Origin: Glaucostegus cemiculus
Taxonomy: Eukaryota
DNA: 64,000 bases
Reading direction: 5' to 3'
Assembly (NCBI GenBank): GCA_976551045.1
Contig: CDPCPM010000281.1
Location: 2,852,001-2,916,000 of the forward strand
The notes beneath the pieces were generated by a model. It saw only the letters and a list, made by a program, of their open reading frames with translations. It ran no database searches and was not told the origin of the DNA. The translations under genes were made by a program, and so were the position numbers. The first letter of the stretch is position 1, and each line of letters starts with the position of its first letter. Shown piece by piece: positions 1-11,872 of the stretch.

Positions 1-259
1 TGGGTACGTAGATGAGACATACCCATATAAGAAAAGAACATATTTCAATTAAATAGATTTTTCATTTTCTGCACTAGATTTTCTGGTTATCTCTACAAAT
101 ACAGACTGAAGTTATTTAATCCTCCTAATTGGAACATGACACTAAAGATGAAATTGAGGAACTTGTTTGGTACTGTTACTAATGCTGTCTGTTGCTTCTG
201 AACTAACATGCCACTTCTTTCAAAGATCTTTGAATTTTGCATTAATTGGAGGTTAAGGA

Positions 260-321
260 GGGACTTGGGTTTGGGAAAGCTAAAGGTGGGACTTGGGTTT
301 GGGAAAGCTAAAGGTGGGACT
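260..321. repeat. Perfect 28-bp tandem duplication (GGGACTTGGGTTTGGGAAAGCTAAAGGT x2 plus partial)
   Basis: Directly visible direct repeat. Confidence 0.95.
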
Positions 322-2299
322 GCCATCTCTGGGGCAGGTAGAAAGTTTGATGCACCAAGGGTCAGGGTTAGAGGTAGGGAGCTGGTTGGAGAAGTGGCTA
401 CAGAGACACAACAGATCTTCAAACCAAGTGTGAAGTTGGGACTCTGCAACTGCATGAACCAACATGTCTGACAGGGATCCTGCTGTGAGATGACATTTAA
501 ACATTAGTAATAGCTGACATCTGATCATTTTGTCAACCATTTTTGTATTATTTATTGTAACAATACCTTTTCGTGATTGGAATTTGTGTATTTGAAATTG
601 TGTTAAAAAATGCAGTGTTTAGTAACATTGCCTTGGGAAATGCATGGGCCTGAAATCAAACCTTTGTACTTGATGCACACAAGTCAAACAGCTCCCATGA
701 TTTAAAACACCATTGCATTACATTTGTACGCTGGAAACTTTTGGTGGAGCTACCAATTGCTGAAAATCTGTTTTTCTTTGTCATGGTGCAGGTCCCATTG
801 AACTGGGTGAGGGGAAAACAGGAGGTGATGATACTTTGATACCAGGCCATGCATTTTCCAGGTGCACTTTCCTGTTGTTCCTCTAGGTGGCACATCATCC
901 CACTAAAGGTTGAGTTGCCTGTAGTTTTTTTTAGGCGAGTTGGGAATGATTAGGTGTGGTGGGCAGGCGGAGGGAGCAGGTTGCTGGTGTGCACTGGACA
1001 GCATTAACTACAAAATAGCTTCAACTTCATGGAAAGCTGGCATTTTTACTTGTGTAGATGCACTTTGTTTTTGCTCATTTTCTTTTGATCACTTTGGATA
1101 AGAGTATTTCAGCCTCCAATTAAAAATTGCCTTGTTAAATTCATAATATGCAGGTTATGATTTTTTGGTAAAAGTGCAGGCATACAAATTTTTAAAACGC
1201 AAAAACTACCAACAAAGAACTGTAGTTAAAATCTGAAGTAAGTGGATTTACAAACAATCATTATTAACAATCATTATCTGTTCCATGATGAAATTAGTTT
1301 TCTGAATGAAAAAGATTTCCCCTGTATTCTGACTGTGGTATATTTGTAAGGACTTGTCCTCTGTTTTCCCCCTTTATTGTTTTCCTGGAAGACGTGACTT
1401 CTTGCTGCTGTTTATTCACACTCCAGCATCTGTCATGTGTTTGCTTTAGTTGAGCAGTATTACCAGGCACCCTACTGTTGAAAATATGATGGACAAATCC
1501 CGCCCCATTTTCTGTACACGTTCCCTTTATTGTAGTAGTGCATATATTGCAACAGAGTATGAAACTTTTTACTTGGGTATTGAGACCAATGGGCATTGGC
1601 CAAGATTATAGAGATCAAATGTAAATCTTTCTGATGTGTATATACTCAACTGATTGATGCTGTAGTCTTTCAGATTTAATATTAAGTTTACAGTTAAATG
1701 TTCTGGCAACAAATGTCATTTTGCACTCTTCAACCTGAGATATTTGATTGATAATTCATTGGAATAGGGTGATTCTCACAATTCTACTTCGTCAACACTA
1801 TGCTTGGCCCTAGGCTTTGGTCTTTTTAATACAATTTCCCTCCTTCCCTTGCCCTCTCCCCACAACTTTTTCCACACCTCTTCAAATTTGTGTTGGTATC
1901 AACTATATTTGGTGAGTTAAATGAACAAATAGCTTGATCTAAGGCTTCTGTCAGTAAGCTATTCCTACTAGTTGTAACGTGAATACAGATTGCAGACTGT
2001 CATTCTAATACATACTCCCAGCACCGGTTCTTTAGGGCACTGTCATTATAGCAATGGCAGCAACATGTATTCATGAAGCTCTTTTAATAGAGCAAAATAT
2101 ATCAAGGTGCTTCACAGCAAAACAATGCAAAATTTGACACACTGCCACATTGGGAAAGCACATTTTGTGCTTATCTTGGATTTGAGATTAAAATATAATA
2201 GCCAAATATAGTTTTTTTTTTCTATTTCACCAAAATAACTCAAAGTGCTCATTTTATTCAGTTATTCCAGGTTAAAATTAAGTAGAATCAAACACTGTT

Positions 2300-2650
2300 C
2301 CAGGATTTGAGTTCATAATCCAAGATTACGTTTCGGAATGGTAGTGACATTGCCAATTTTGGGATGAGATGCAAAATCTAAATTCCAACTACCTTTTACG
2401 GTGGGTCCACAAGATTACACGGCAGTACTTAAAAAGCTGAGAATTCGCCTCAAGTTGTTATCAACCACCTTCTCTTGCATCCATTTCCATCACCAGGTAC
2501 ACAACTAGTCAATTATCGCTTTGCACTTTGTAGGATCTCCCAGCCATATTGCCTATACTTGAACTTGATTTAATGGTAACTATTTGAAAGGTAGTTCATT
2601 GTGAAATGCTTTAAGATGTGACAAGGCTTCATTTACAAGCAAGTTTGTTC
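2300..2650 (+). mobile_element. Highly decayed DeuSINE (SacSINE1-like) remnant
   Basis: Patchy similarity to the copy at 52235 (tttgggatgagatgcaaaa, tatttgaaaggtagttcattg...gctttaagatg); by eye. Confidence 0.4.
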
Positions 2651-2742
2651 TTTCTTTGAGAATATTTTTAAAAAATTTCACTTTAATACTGTCAGGAACA
2701 TTGCTAACCTGGTGTATTTGTGATTGATCATTTCTTTTCCAG

Positions 2743-3012
2743 ATTGGTATGGTGGCCTGGAAGATGCACCTGAAGTCACCAGAGTGCCCAGATGGTCGTG
2801 ACATCATTGTCATAAGCAATGACATCACTCACAGGATTGGGTCCTTTGGGCCACAGGAGGACCTCCTGTTCCTGAGAGCTTCAGAACTTGCCAGAACCAA
2901 AGGCATCCCGCGCATATACATAGCAGCAAACAGTGGAGCAAGGATTGGATTGGCAGAGGAAATTCGACACATGTTTCATGTAGCCTGGGAAGATCCTGCT
3001 GACCTGTATAAG
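2743..3012 (+). CDS. ACACA: Acetyl-CoA carboxylase alpha, CT-domain exon 1 of 11 in window ([51 protein letters not shown]...DLYK)
   Basis: ttttccag|ATT acceptor, AAG|gtacat donor, 270 nt, phase 0-0. Translation matches the ACC carboxyltransferase N-lobe; AWKM and [16 protein letters not shown] are ACC1-type rather than ACC2-type residues. Confidence 0.97.
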
Positions 3013-4586
3013 GTACATGTTAGCTGAGAATGGGTAACTATGGCAAATACCATTGCAGTTGGCTCATTTTATTATGATGTCCACATATGAATTTCTTATA
3101 CCTGAATCACTGTCTCGGAACCAGTGGTGACTTCTACAGTATGTTGCCCATTGGCTTGATTGGATATTTCAGATTGTTTTAAAAGATTCATTCAAGAGGC
3201 CTTGTAGTGGCCAGAAGTATTGGAGTATAATGCTGCAAAGATGAAAATCAAAATAGCACTCCCGTATAAATGAAGCTCTTTGTCTTGAGTGCAGAAAATT
3301 TAGGGTAGGGAGCAGCTGCCAGGAAGGACCAGGAATTTCTAGTTGACATTAAACCCTGCAAATCTGACAATCTACAAGTTTTAATGAGTCTTTTTTTTGA
3401 TTCAGAAGTACAGCTGGATTTTAGAATAATAGATCCATTGCTGCTAACCCTTTATGGGATGACGAATCTCCATTTTCTTGTATCTGGGTTTAAATATTAC
3501 CCAGGCTGAATTCTGGCATGGATACTGCTTTCTGGTCTTCCAAGGTGTTAGAGCTGGGAGTAACAATGCCAAAAGGATCCCAGAAATGTAGCATTATGTT
3601 CTGTTGCAAACGTGTGTTTCCCAAATTAAAAGGACACTGTGTCAGGGATCCTGTCCTTCTATCCTGTATGCTGCTGGCTAGACCCAAAATTACATAGAAA
3701 CTTTCCTGCTACCGGCACCTCCTCCCACTCCCCCCCCCCCCCCCAAAAAAAAAGATAAAATTCACAGCCCTTAACCATTGGGTAAAATGAGTGTTAACTA
3801 CAGCTTCAAATCAGCCCCTGCCACAGTACATTTTGTATCCATTCTTTTTACACAGCTGATTCTATCTGGTATGATTTTTAAAGGGAACCATTCTCCCCTG
3901 ACTTTAGTCCCGATGCACACTACTGATTTAAAATCTCCACTGCCTCTATCTATCGTGCCGAGCTGTCTCTGATTGTAAATCAGAAGCAGGTGCTCGGACT
4001 GGACTCCGGAGGGAAACTTGCCATTTAAATATATCACAGTGCTACAAGAAAGAGAAGGACAGTTGATAGGAATGCTGCTAGGTATATGTATAAAATGTAG
4101 CCCCTCCTCTACCATTAACCTTTATCTGTGAGCCTATAAAATAGGTGCTGGCTCACAATGCATTACAATTTTAACTGGTTGTGTTCAAATTTCTAAATAA
4201 CTATATATAAAATTTTGCAAGTTTTTATCAGTTTTATTCCTAGTTGACATTTTATTGGGATAGTTTTGATAAAAGTGGTTTGAACCCTTAACCACTCTGT
4301 TGATAATGTTTGAGTAAGTATCAACAAACAATTTCATGGAACTCTGCAAAAATTTCAGTGTGTTTAACTCTGGCATTTTACAGTGTATGTTTCATTTAAA
4401 ACCTTAAAGCCCAATAGTAGTATCAACATTCAAATGAAAAGAAAATGATGAGAAATCCATTTTTGTAAATAGAAACTTTGCAGCTAGAGGCTGCTCTGCA
4501 GTCATCAGTATAGGCTCTGAGTCTGGGCTGCAGTGGAACGTTCTTTTGGCTTTTTGAAATGCACTTATTGTCTTGTATATCTGCAG

Positions 4587-4684
4587 GGATACAAGTACCT
4601 GTACCTCACACCCCAGGACTATAAGAAGGTCAGTGCACTGAACTCTGTCCATTGTGAACATGTTGAGGATGAAGGAGAGTCAAG
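4587..4684 (+). CDS. ACACA: ACACA exon ([33 protein letters not shown])
   Basis: ctgcag|GGA acceptor, AG|gtaagc donor, 98 nt, phase 0-2, in frame with flanking exons. Confidence 0.97.
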
Positions 4685-5539
4685 GTAAGCTTCATAATGA
4701 CATTGAAGTCACAAAGGCTCCATTGTCATATAGTATTGGTTATATAATTTCAATTCAAACAATGGAAAAAGCATTTGATACGGTTTAGCTGCTGCTCCAA
4801 ATACAGATCACATCTTCAGAGGTGCTTGAAGCTATGTAGCTGTACTGATTGCAGATTGGTACTGGGAGTAATTTGGTAATCTAAATTTAAAGTATCACTA
4901 GAGGATTGCACAATTTTATATTGTGGGTTCTTCCACATATATGCAGCTTACATATTTTCTCAGCAATTATCTTTGTTTAGTGCCTCATCTCTGGAATGCT
5001 TCTCAGCAATCTCAGCTGGGTGGTGTATGGGGCGGGAGTTTGTATTGAGTAAGAGTATTCTTTCTGGCACTGTGGAATCTAGCTGCCTGGGTTTTTATTG
5101 AAGTATCTGCAGTCAACTATGACATTTTAGTGGGAGGGGAATGCTTTTGCTCTTGAACAGTTAAGTAATTTTAATTCCCAACATCTGAGTGTTTCTGCTA
5201 GCAGTGAAGCAAAGGAGGCTCACAAAGTCCTACTCTGTATCATCCTTATCTGGTGTAAATGAGGAATAACAAATTGATTGAGTTACCAGATGCTTATCGG
5301 TAGCAAGGGAACTGTGCTCCTTCACCTTTGGGAGAGTAGGGTAGAGACTGGAAGAGGTAGAAAGCGAAGCCCTTTATGATCTGTGGATCCTTGTGCTTTA
5401 TTGTTTGGATATTTGAGTTAGTTGCATGTCAATGGAAACCCCACAAGCCCTAAGCCACATTTAAATTTAGCGTGATTCAATATGGATTAGGTTCCTTGCT
5501 AATGTTCTCTGCAGGTGATAACGGCTTCTTGTCTCACAG

Positions 5540-5660
5540 ATACAAAATAACGGACATCATCGGAAAAGAAGAGGGCCTGGGAGTGGAGAATCTCCGAGGA
5601 TCAGGAATGATAGCGGGAGAATCATCCTTAGCTTATGAGGAAATTATCACCATGAATTTG
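5540..5660 (+). CDS. ACACA: ACACA exon ([40 protein letters not shown])
   Basis: tcacag|A acceptor, TTG|gtatgt donor, 121 nt, phase 2-0. Confidence 0.97.
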
Positions 5661-5764
5661 GTATGTCCTGAATTTTTGTTTTAGAAAGCCTTGTCAAAGA
5701 TTATGTATTTGTGTGCTTTGGTGTTGGATTTGTCTCAGTGAGAAAAAATTCATCTGAATTAAAT

Positions 5765-6085
5765 GGTCAATCAGTTCAATTCTTACCCCTCAGACTTAAG
5801 TACATAACCTAGTCAATGGAGATCCAATTGGATGTAAAGTGCTGAGGGCTCTGTCTACATTCTCAGTTGAACTTAAGCAATTCTTTGGTACCCTTTGACA
5901 AAGAGCAGAGCGCTTACCCGGAAGTCATTGGTGTAAGAAAAGATTAAATGGTCACTACCTCATTACTATTTGTGGGATGTTGCTGTGCACAAACTGGTTC
6001 TTGCATTTCATATATAACAGCATTATCTCTACTTTGTAAGTTATTCATTATACAGCATTCTAAGGTCAAGTGAAGTGCTCCAATC
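5765..6085 (+). mobile_element. Decayed DeuSINE (SacSINE1-like)
   Basis: Deu-core-like segment 'gattaaatggtcactacctcattactatttgtgggatgttgctgtgcacaaactgg'. Confidence 0.55.
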
Positions 6086-6272
6086 ATCAAACCAGTGAAT
6101 TGTCAATTTGTCTCCATAACCAAATAAAAATTTCAAAGGCTTCTCATTGATTTAATAATCAACACCATTTTTGGGAATGCATTTTGGGAAATTGAAGGAC
6201 CACAGTGCACCATAACTGGGGAAATCAGGTGTACTATTCATGTCATACGTGTGTCACCACACCATCTTCTCC

Positions 6273-7005
6273 AGTCACAAAGTCAAAGTTGAGTTTATTG
6301 TCATATTCACTACACGTATGCACAGGTGCAGCGGGCAACACGGTAGTGTAGCGGTTAGCGCAACGCTATTACAGTGCTAACGATCGGGGTTCGATTCCCG
6401 TCGCTGTCTGTAAAAAAAAAAAAAAAAAAAATTTGTACGTTCTCCCGTGTCTGTGTGGGTTTCTTCTGGGTGCTCTGGTTTCCTCCCACATTTCAAAGAC
6501 GTACAGGTAGGTTAATTTGGGTTTAAAATGGGCAGCGCGGACTCATTGGGCCAGAAGGGCCTGTTACCACGCTGTAAGTAAATTTTTTTTTTAATTAAAA
6601 AAAATTACTTGCAACAATATCCCAAGCACATAGCATCAGATCAGCAGCATTCACAAGAAAAACATAAATTAAACATAAGTTGTACACAAATTTTACAAGA
6701 AAACACAATTAGAACAAAGGAAAAGTCCATTGTAGGGCAAAGTGGTCATAGTGTTGCTATACTGAGGTAGTGATTAGGGTTGTGCAGGTTGCTTCAAGAA
6801 TGGTTGAAGGGAAGCAGCTGTTCTTGAACCTGGTGGTGTGGGACTTCAGGCTTCTGCCCAATGGGAGAAGATGGCATGGCCCAGATGGTGGTGATCTTTG
6901 AGAGGCAACGTCTATCAAAGATCTCCACATTGGGTTGTGTCCACTGCTCTCTGCATTTTCTTGTTCCTGTGCATTTGAATTGCTGTAACAGGCCATAATG
7001 CAACT
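6273..7005 (-). mobile_element. Rex1/Babar-type LINE 3' fragment, interrupted by a V-SINE
   Basis: Colinear with copies at 50678 and 61078; decayed ORF end (RSLKSHTTRFKNS); (GACTTT)-like tail. Confidence 0.8.
6331..6600 (+). mobile_element. tRNA-derived V-SINE (HE1-like)
   Basis: A box tagtgtagcgg, B box ggttcgattcc, V-core ttctcccgtgtctgtgtgggtttc...ggtttcctcccacat, CR1/HER1-like tail tgggccagaagggcctgtt. Confidence 0.85.
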
Positions 7006-7183
7006 AGTCACAGAATCTATCGCTATTGTTTATACTCAGTGCATTTACTCTTTCTCGTTCTTGATGGGTATTTTTTTTAAAAAAAGATTATTTACTTGAA
7101 CAATGTACCAACTGTTCAAACATTTCAATTAGGTAAGTCTTTGGCTGCAAGACCTGCTTTCTGATTATAGTGTCTGATTGCAG

Positions 7184-7294
7184 GTCACCTGCCGTGCAAT
7201 TGGCATTGGTGCATACCTTGTAAGACTGGGACAGAGAACTATCCAAGTAGAAAACTCGCACATCATTTTAACCGGAGCTGGAGCCTTGAACAAG
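7184..7294 (+). CDS. ACACA: ACACA exon ([37 protein letters not shown])
   Basis: ttgcag|GTC acceptor, AAG|gtaaga donor, 111 nt, phase 0-0; conserved [12 protein letters not shown] motif. Confidence 0.97.
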
Positions 7295-7684
7295 GTAAGA
7301 TCAAGCTCTCTCATTGATAATTCTCCGTACTGGCAGTCCTTCCCAAGATAACTCTCTCTCCAGCATCCATCACTGTAGTACACTGTAGCTATCAGCCGAA
7401 GACCAATATAGTATTGAGTTTACAAAAATAATGCAATTTTATTTTTATTTAGAATTACAGGATATTTGAATTATTTATGAAACACTTGTATTTTTGAGTG
7501 ACAGTCATTTTTTAGAGCCATACTTAATGAAAACGTCCCCTAATATTCTCTAAGGAAGCTTGTGCAGCAATACAATAAAAAGAGTATAATGGGATTGTGC
7601 ATAGTGTAAACTGATCTAATGTAGCCAAAAGCAGAATTCGTCAAATGACTGGAAACTGGAATATGAATTGTATAGCAAGGCACC

Positions 7685-7729
7685 CTCTACATGTGGGAAA
7701 AGAGCTTGAACTCTACATGTGGAAAAGAG
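7685..7729. repeat. Short tandem duplication CTCTACATGTGG(G)AAAAGAG x2
   Basis: Directly visible. Confidence 0.85.
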
Positions 7730-10546
7730 TGGAATAACTATTGTGGTAGAATAGAATGTTACATTATTCTACATAAACTAAATAAGCTCGTGTTTTAAAT
7801 CCACGGTAAGTTGTACTGTTTACACACATTCCACCACCCTTCTGTGTATGGTACCTTTTGCCTAGTTTGAAGAATTATTCCTTGGCTGTGAAACCAAAAC
7901 CCTTCTGCCAGAACAACTTGGCATACAGGGGAATTGGGGAGGAGGTTGAGGGGGGGTGGTGTCAAAAAATATTTAATACCTTCCAGATGATTTGCAATCT
8001 GTTTTATCTCCGAATCACACTGCAACAAAGTTAAAATTAAACTGGTAGCAAATGCTTGTTGCTTTCTAAACACCTTTAGTAATGAAAAAGTATTGAGGCC
8101 CAATATTCTCTCTCTACAGGTTTACTGCTTGCATATATAGCAAGAAATGATCATCTGGTGGTATTGTTCAATAACATGGAATTTTCAGGTGGTTAAAAAT
8201 TGTTCTATGGAGGGCGCTAATATCTATAAAGGAACTGCATTCGTTTGATTAATATATTTGGTTGCACCTCACTAAGTGTATGTCAACTGAAAGCAGATGT
8301 TTTTCTTAAATGGGATAATAGCTGGGATTCTGCTGGTTGGCTTTTCCTTTTCTCCTGGTCTTGTACGATGAAGGAGAAATTTCAACACCTGGAGTAAATG
8401 GGGACTCCTTTTTGACTGGTGTAGTGATGTTATTGTTGGCAAAACTGCTTATGAATTAGTTTCAAAATGTCCATTTCTACCATTATACAAGGAATTGCGT
8501 AAAAGCAGTACAGATCACTCTGCCAGGGCATTTTTATTTTACTTTCAAAACAAAGGGCACACTTTTGGGTGGTTTTCCTGGGTTACTTCTTTGATGAAGG
8601 TTGGTGATGACCTTGTGACATCTCTGAGTTGGATGATAGATTAATGCATGAATCTTGAGGTATTTCTTTAACAACCCTTACTTGTAATTAAATCTTTAAT
8701 CACATAGCCACTCATTTGATTGTAACCGATTTTGGAACATGTACTTTGGAAGGTGTCTAAGTAATTGACAAACATTCATAATTTCTTGGTTACTTCTGGT
8801 ATTTAAATGGGTTAGCCGTAGCTGTCTGCTTGACTTTCTATCCAAGGTTTGGCACTTCTGACCATTTTGCATTCCCTAACCACAGCCAGAGTTAAAATTA
8901 GGCTGATAGCAAATGCTTCTCTACACTTTAGTAAAGATATTCAATATTTTGTCATGTGTGGATAAAAGTTCATTTTCTCCACCCATTGAAGTGTTTATGT
9001 AAAATAAAATCTTTTCACTTGCTGTTGGTGGCCACAAAAGAATCCTGACTGGGGCAGACCTGACATCTGTACTGATGACCACTGACAAATTTCTAAGGAG
9101 GCATGATTTAGCAAACCTTCAATATGTAAATTAAACTTGTCATGGCATTTGACTTGAACACAAAAAAAGCTCTTAAAATTAATAATAGGGCTGAAGCATC
9201 CAAATCTCCAGAGTTTCAACCTTCTCTCCACAACCCAATTTTATGGGTCCCTCGTTCGTAAGACACTGTTCTGAGTCTGGTCCTAACTTAATTTTATTAC
9301 TATGCTCAGGAAGATATCTGCTCTCTGCCAGACTTCTGTTGTTCTGCTCTGGGAGAGAAATGTTTATGCTCATTCAGGGCTGTCAGAAAAGTTTGATTAT
9401 CCCACGATTTGTTCACCACTCACCATCTCACCTGTACTATCTTTAGGAGTACCGAGTGAAATCAAAATGCTTTCACCACAATGAAGGTGAATACTTTGCA
9501 CATTTGCCTTCACCTATTCTTGTTTACCTCTTGATATTTAGTTAAATGCTGGAATCTGGGGATCAGAAATCAGCAGCCATCCTGACGGTGCTGATGGAGC
9601 AGTGATCTGGGGAGATCACTAAATTACAAAATCACAATCCTAAATTTACTGAAGAACATCCAATTAGGTTCACAGTTGATAAAGAGGTTAGTGGAACAGG
9701 GAATTTGCAGAAATAACCCTTGAAATAGTTGGTAAAAATTTGGAGGAGGATGTGGTTCAACATTGTGAAGATGCAATTTTTTCTAGCAGTCTCCCTGTCT
9801 ATATGTTTATTACTTCCTGGCATAAATGGGGAAGAAATTATGTGGGGTAATACTGTCCAGAAAATACAAAATTCAAATCAAATCACAGAAGCTCCTTGAT
9901 GAAGGTACACCAAAGTTGAAATTATCCCAGTAAGTACGCTATAACTGATGATAACCCTAATTTCTTACACAATAGAATGGATGAACTGTTCATTGTGACT
10001 CTTTACTGGGGCTGCGTTGGAAAAACTCAAAATAATTAGCACGGCTTGAGCACTAATATTGCTCATACCCTTAAATTGTATGGGTTATCACTTGCAGAAT
10101 AAAAAAATTAGAAAGTATATCTGCTTGAGTATAATTAGGAAGGTTTTTGATTGCCAGGTAATCATCCTTAGGTTGTAACAGTATGATTGAAAAAGGGTAG
10201 CTTTTAATTGTTGACATCAATGGTGACAGCAAAACTCACTGCATCAGCCTGTATGGTTGCCCTCTCAGTATGGTACCAGGAAGGTAGACTAAATGAGTTT
10301 CTGGATTGCGTATTCAAGCCTTTTGGCACTTATTTATAACTTCATTGAAATTTCCATCCCAATTTTTATTGCCTTTTGTAGTTTTATTGCAAATTATTGG
10401 ACTAGAGCAAGAAGCACAGATGTTTGTAGGGATGACAGTTGAGGTCGGTGCCACGCCAAATCACTTCTTCATTCATAGGTGCCAACATTAAAGCAAGAGT
10501 TGGTGGTGAAAATAAAAAAAATTATTACATAATTTGCTTATGGAGG

Positions 10547-10743
10547 TAAAAACCAAACTGCTAGAGGAACTTAGTGGACCAGGCAGCATCTGTGGAGGCA
10601 GAAGGATGGTCAGCCTGATACGGGGTCTTGACCCGAAATGTCAACCATCCCTCAGCCTCCACAGATGCTGTCTGACCCATTGTGTTCCACCAGTAGTTTG
10701 GATTTTGCTTCAGATTCCAGCATCTGCAGTCTCTTGTATCTCC
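10547..10743 (+). mobile_element. Penelope-derived hairpin element with decayed hammerhead core
   Basis: Inverted arms; central ctgatac-ggggtcttgaccc-gaaatgtc; degenerate 15-bp TSD (10532-10546 vs 10744-10758, 12/15 match). Confidence 0.75.
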
Positions 10744-11484
10744 ATTGGCTTATTGAAGATTGGACATTTAGTTGGTGTGCACAAATTGTGAGAGGGCATT
10801 CTGGCTGGATCTAAAAATCTTATTTAAAATAATCTGTTCAAAAAAACATTTGGCTAATGGACACATTCTGGATCTCCATCAGTTTTGGGAGACAACTGAT
10901 TTCCCCTCACTTCATTTTCCCTCACCACGCTCTGCCATCCTCACTCAATCACTGACCGGACAGGGGGCAGAAATTTAGACCATCAAAAAGACAACTGGTA
11001 GTGAAAGGGTTGATCCCAACAAGCAAACTCTTAATGCCATAAGTAGGTTCAGGTCGTATTCCAGAAAAGTGACTACAGAAACTTGTGCTAATGTGAAGAG
11101 TGAGCTTTACAGTGAAACCCCGATAATCTGGCACTGTTGATACTTTGGTGGTGCTAGACTAGTAGATTTTCCCAAACCTATTAATACCCGAACATTAATT
11201 CCTATTAATACCCAAACATGATTTATTTTTTCATTTATTTATGTTACACAGTATAATAAATGTTCCAATGGACTCATTGACCGTAAAAGGAGTGCTAATA
11301 TTCAAGCACTCTGGACGTCAGCTCTTGCTACAGACCCAGCCTGTAGCTGGATACTGGCTCTGGCTGGACTCCAGAATCTGGCTGGACTCTAGACCCCAAC
11401 TTGTATTCAAAGCCAATGAGAGAGCCAGATGAGGAACTATTAGAATTTCTAAACATTTGTACGGCAGGTTATTGGAGTTTTACT

Positions 11485-11872
11485 GTACCATCAAAGGTGC
11501 TTTTCTTCAGATGTGATGTATGCAGAAAGTACATTTACTGTCTTTGTTGGCACTGTTTTGAAGATCAGGGGAATTATTCTGACTACCTGCCACTATTTAT
11601 TCCTAAATCAACAATACTGAGATAGATTATCTTGTCATTATCACATTGCTTTTAGTGAAATCTTGCTCTGTGCAAATTTTTCCCCACCCTCCCTTCCCTT
11701 TGGAGCAGACTCGATGGGCCGACTGGCCTGCTTCTGCTCCATTATCTTGTGATCTTGTGAATAGAGTACAACTGTGAATATGTTTCAGAAAGTACATCAT
11801 TGACTATAAAATGCTTTGGGACATTCTGGAAGGAATATGAAATGCACACAGTGATGCAAATTCTTTTCTTAT
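11485..11872 (+). mobile_element. DeuSINE (SacSINE1-like) interrupted by a CR1 3' tail (about 11690-11760)
   Basis: Core gattatcttgtcattatcacattgct...gctctgtgcaaattt; tail aaagtacatcattgactataaaatgctttgggacatt; insert gatgggccgactggcctgcttctgct...(cttgtgat)n. Confidence 0.7.

Noticed and set aside
93-540. Overlapping 86-120 aa ORFs with repeated FPKPKS/GLGLGK
   Set aside because: Produced by the 28-bp tandem duplication in G-rich intron sequence; no recognisable protein or splice structure.
6335-6405. tRNA-like sequence with A and B boxes
   Set aside because: It is the head of a V-SINE and continues into the V-core and a LINE-like tail; not a tRNA gene.
9309-9487. Possible cryptic exon (ctcag|GAA ... 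AAG|gtgaat)
   Set aside because: All three frames contain stops across the span and there is no homology; too weak.
11176-11392. Small tandem duplications (cctattaataccc x2; tctggctggactc x2)
   Set aside because: Ordinary slippage duplications with no spacer structure; not CRISPR-like.
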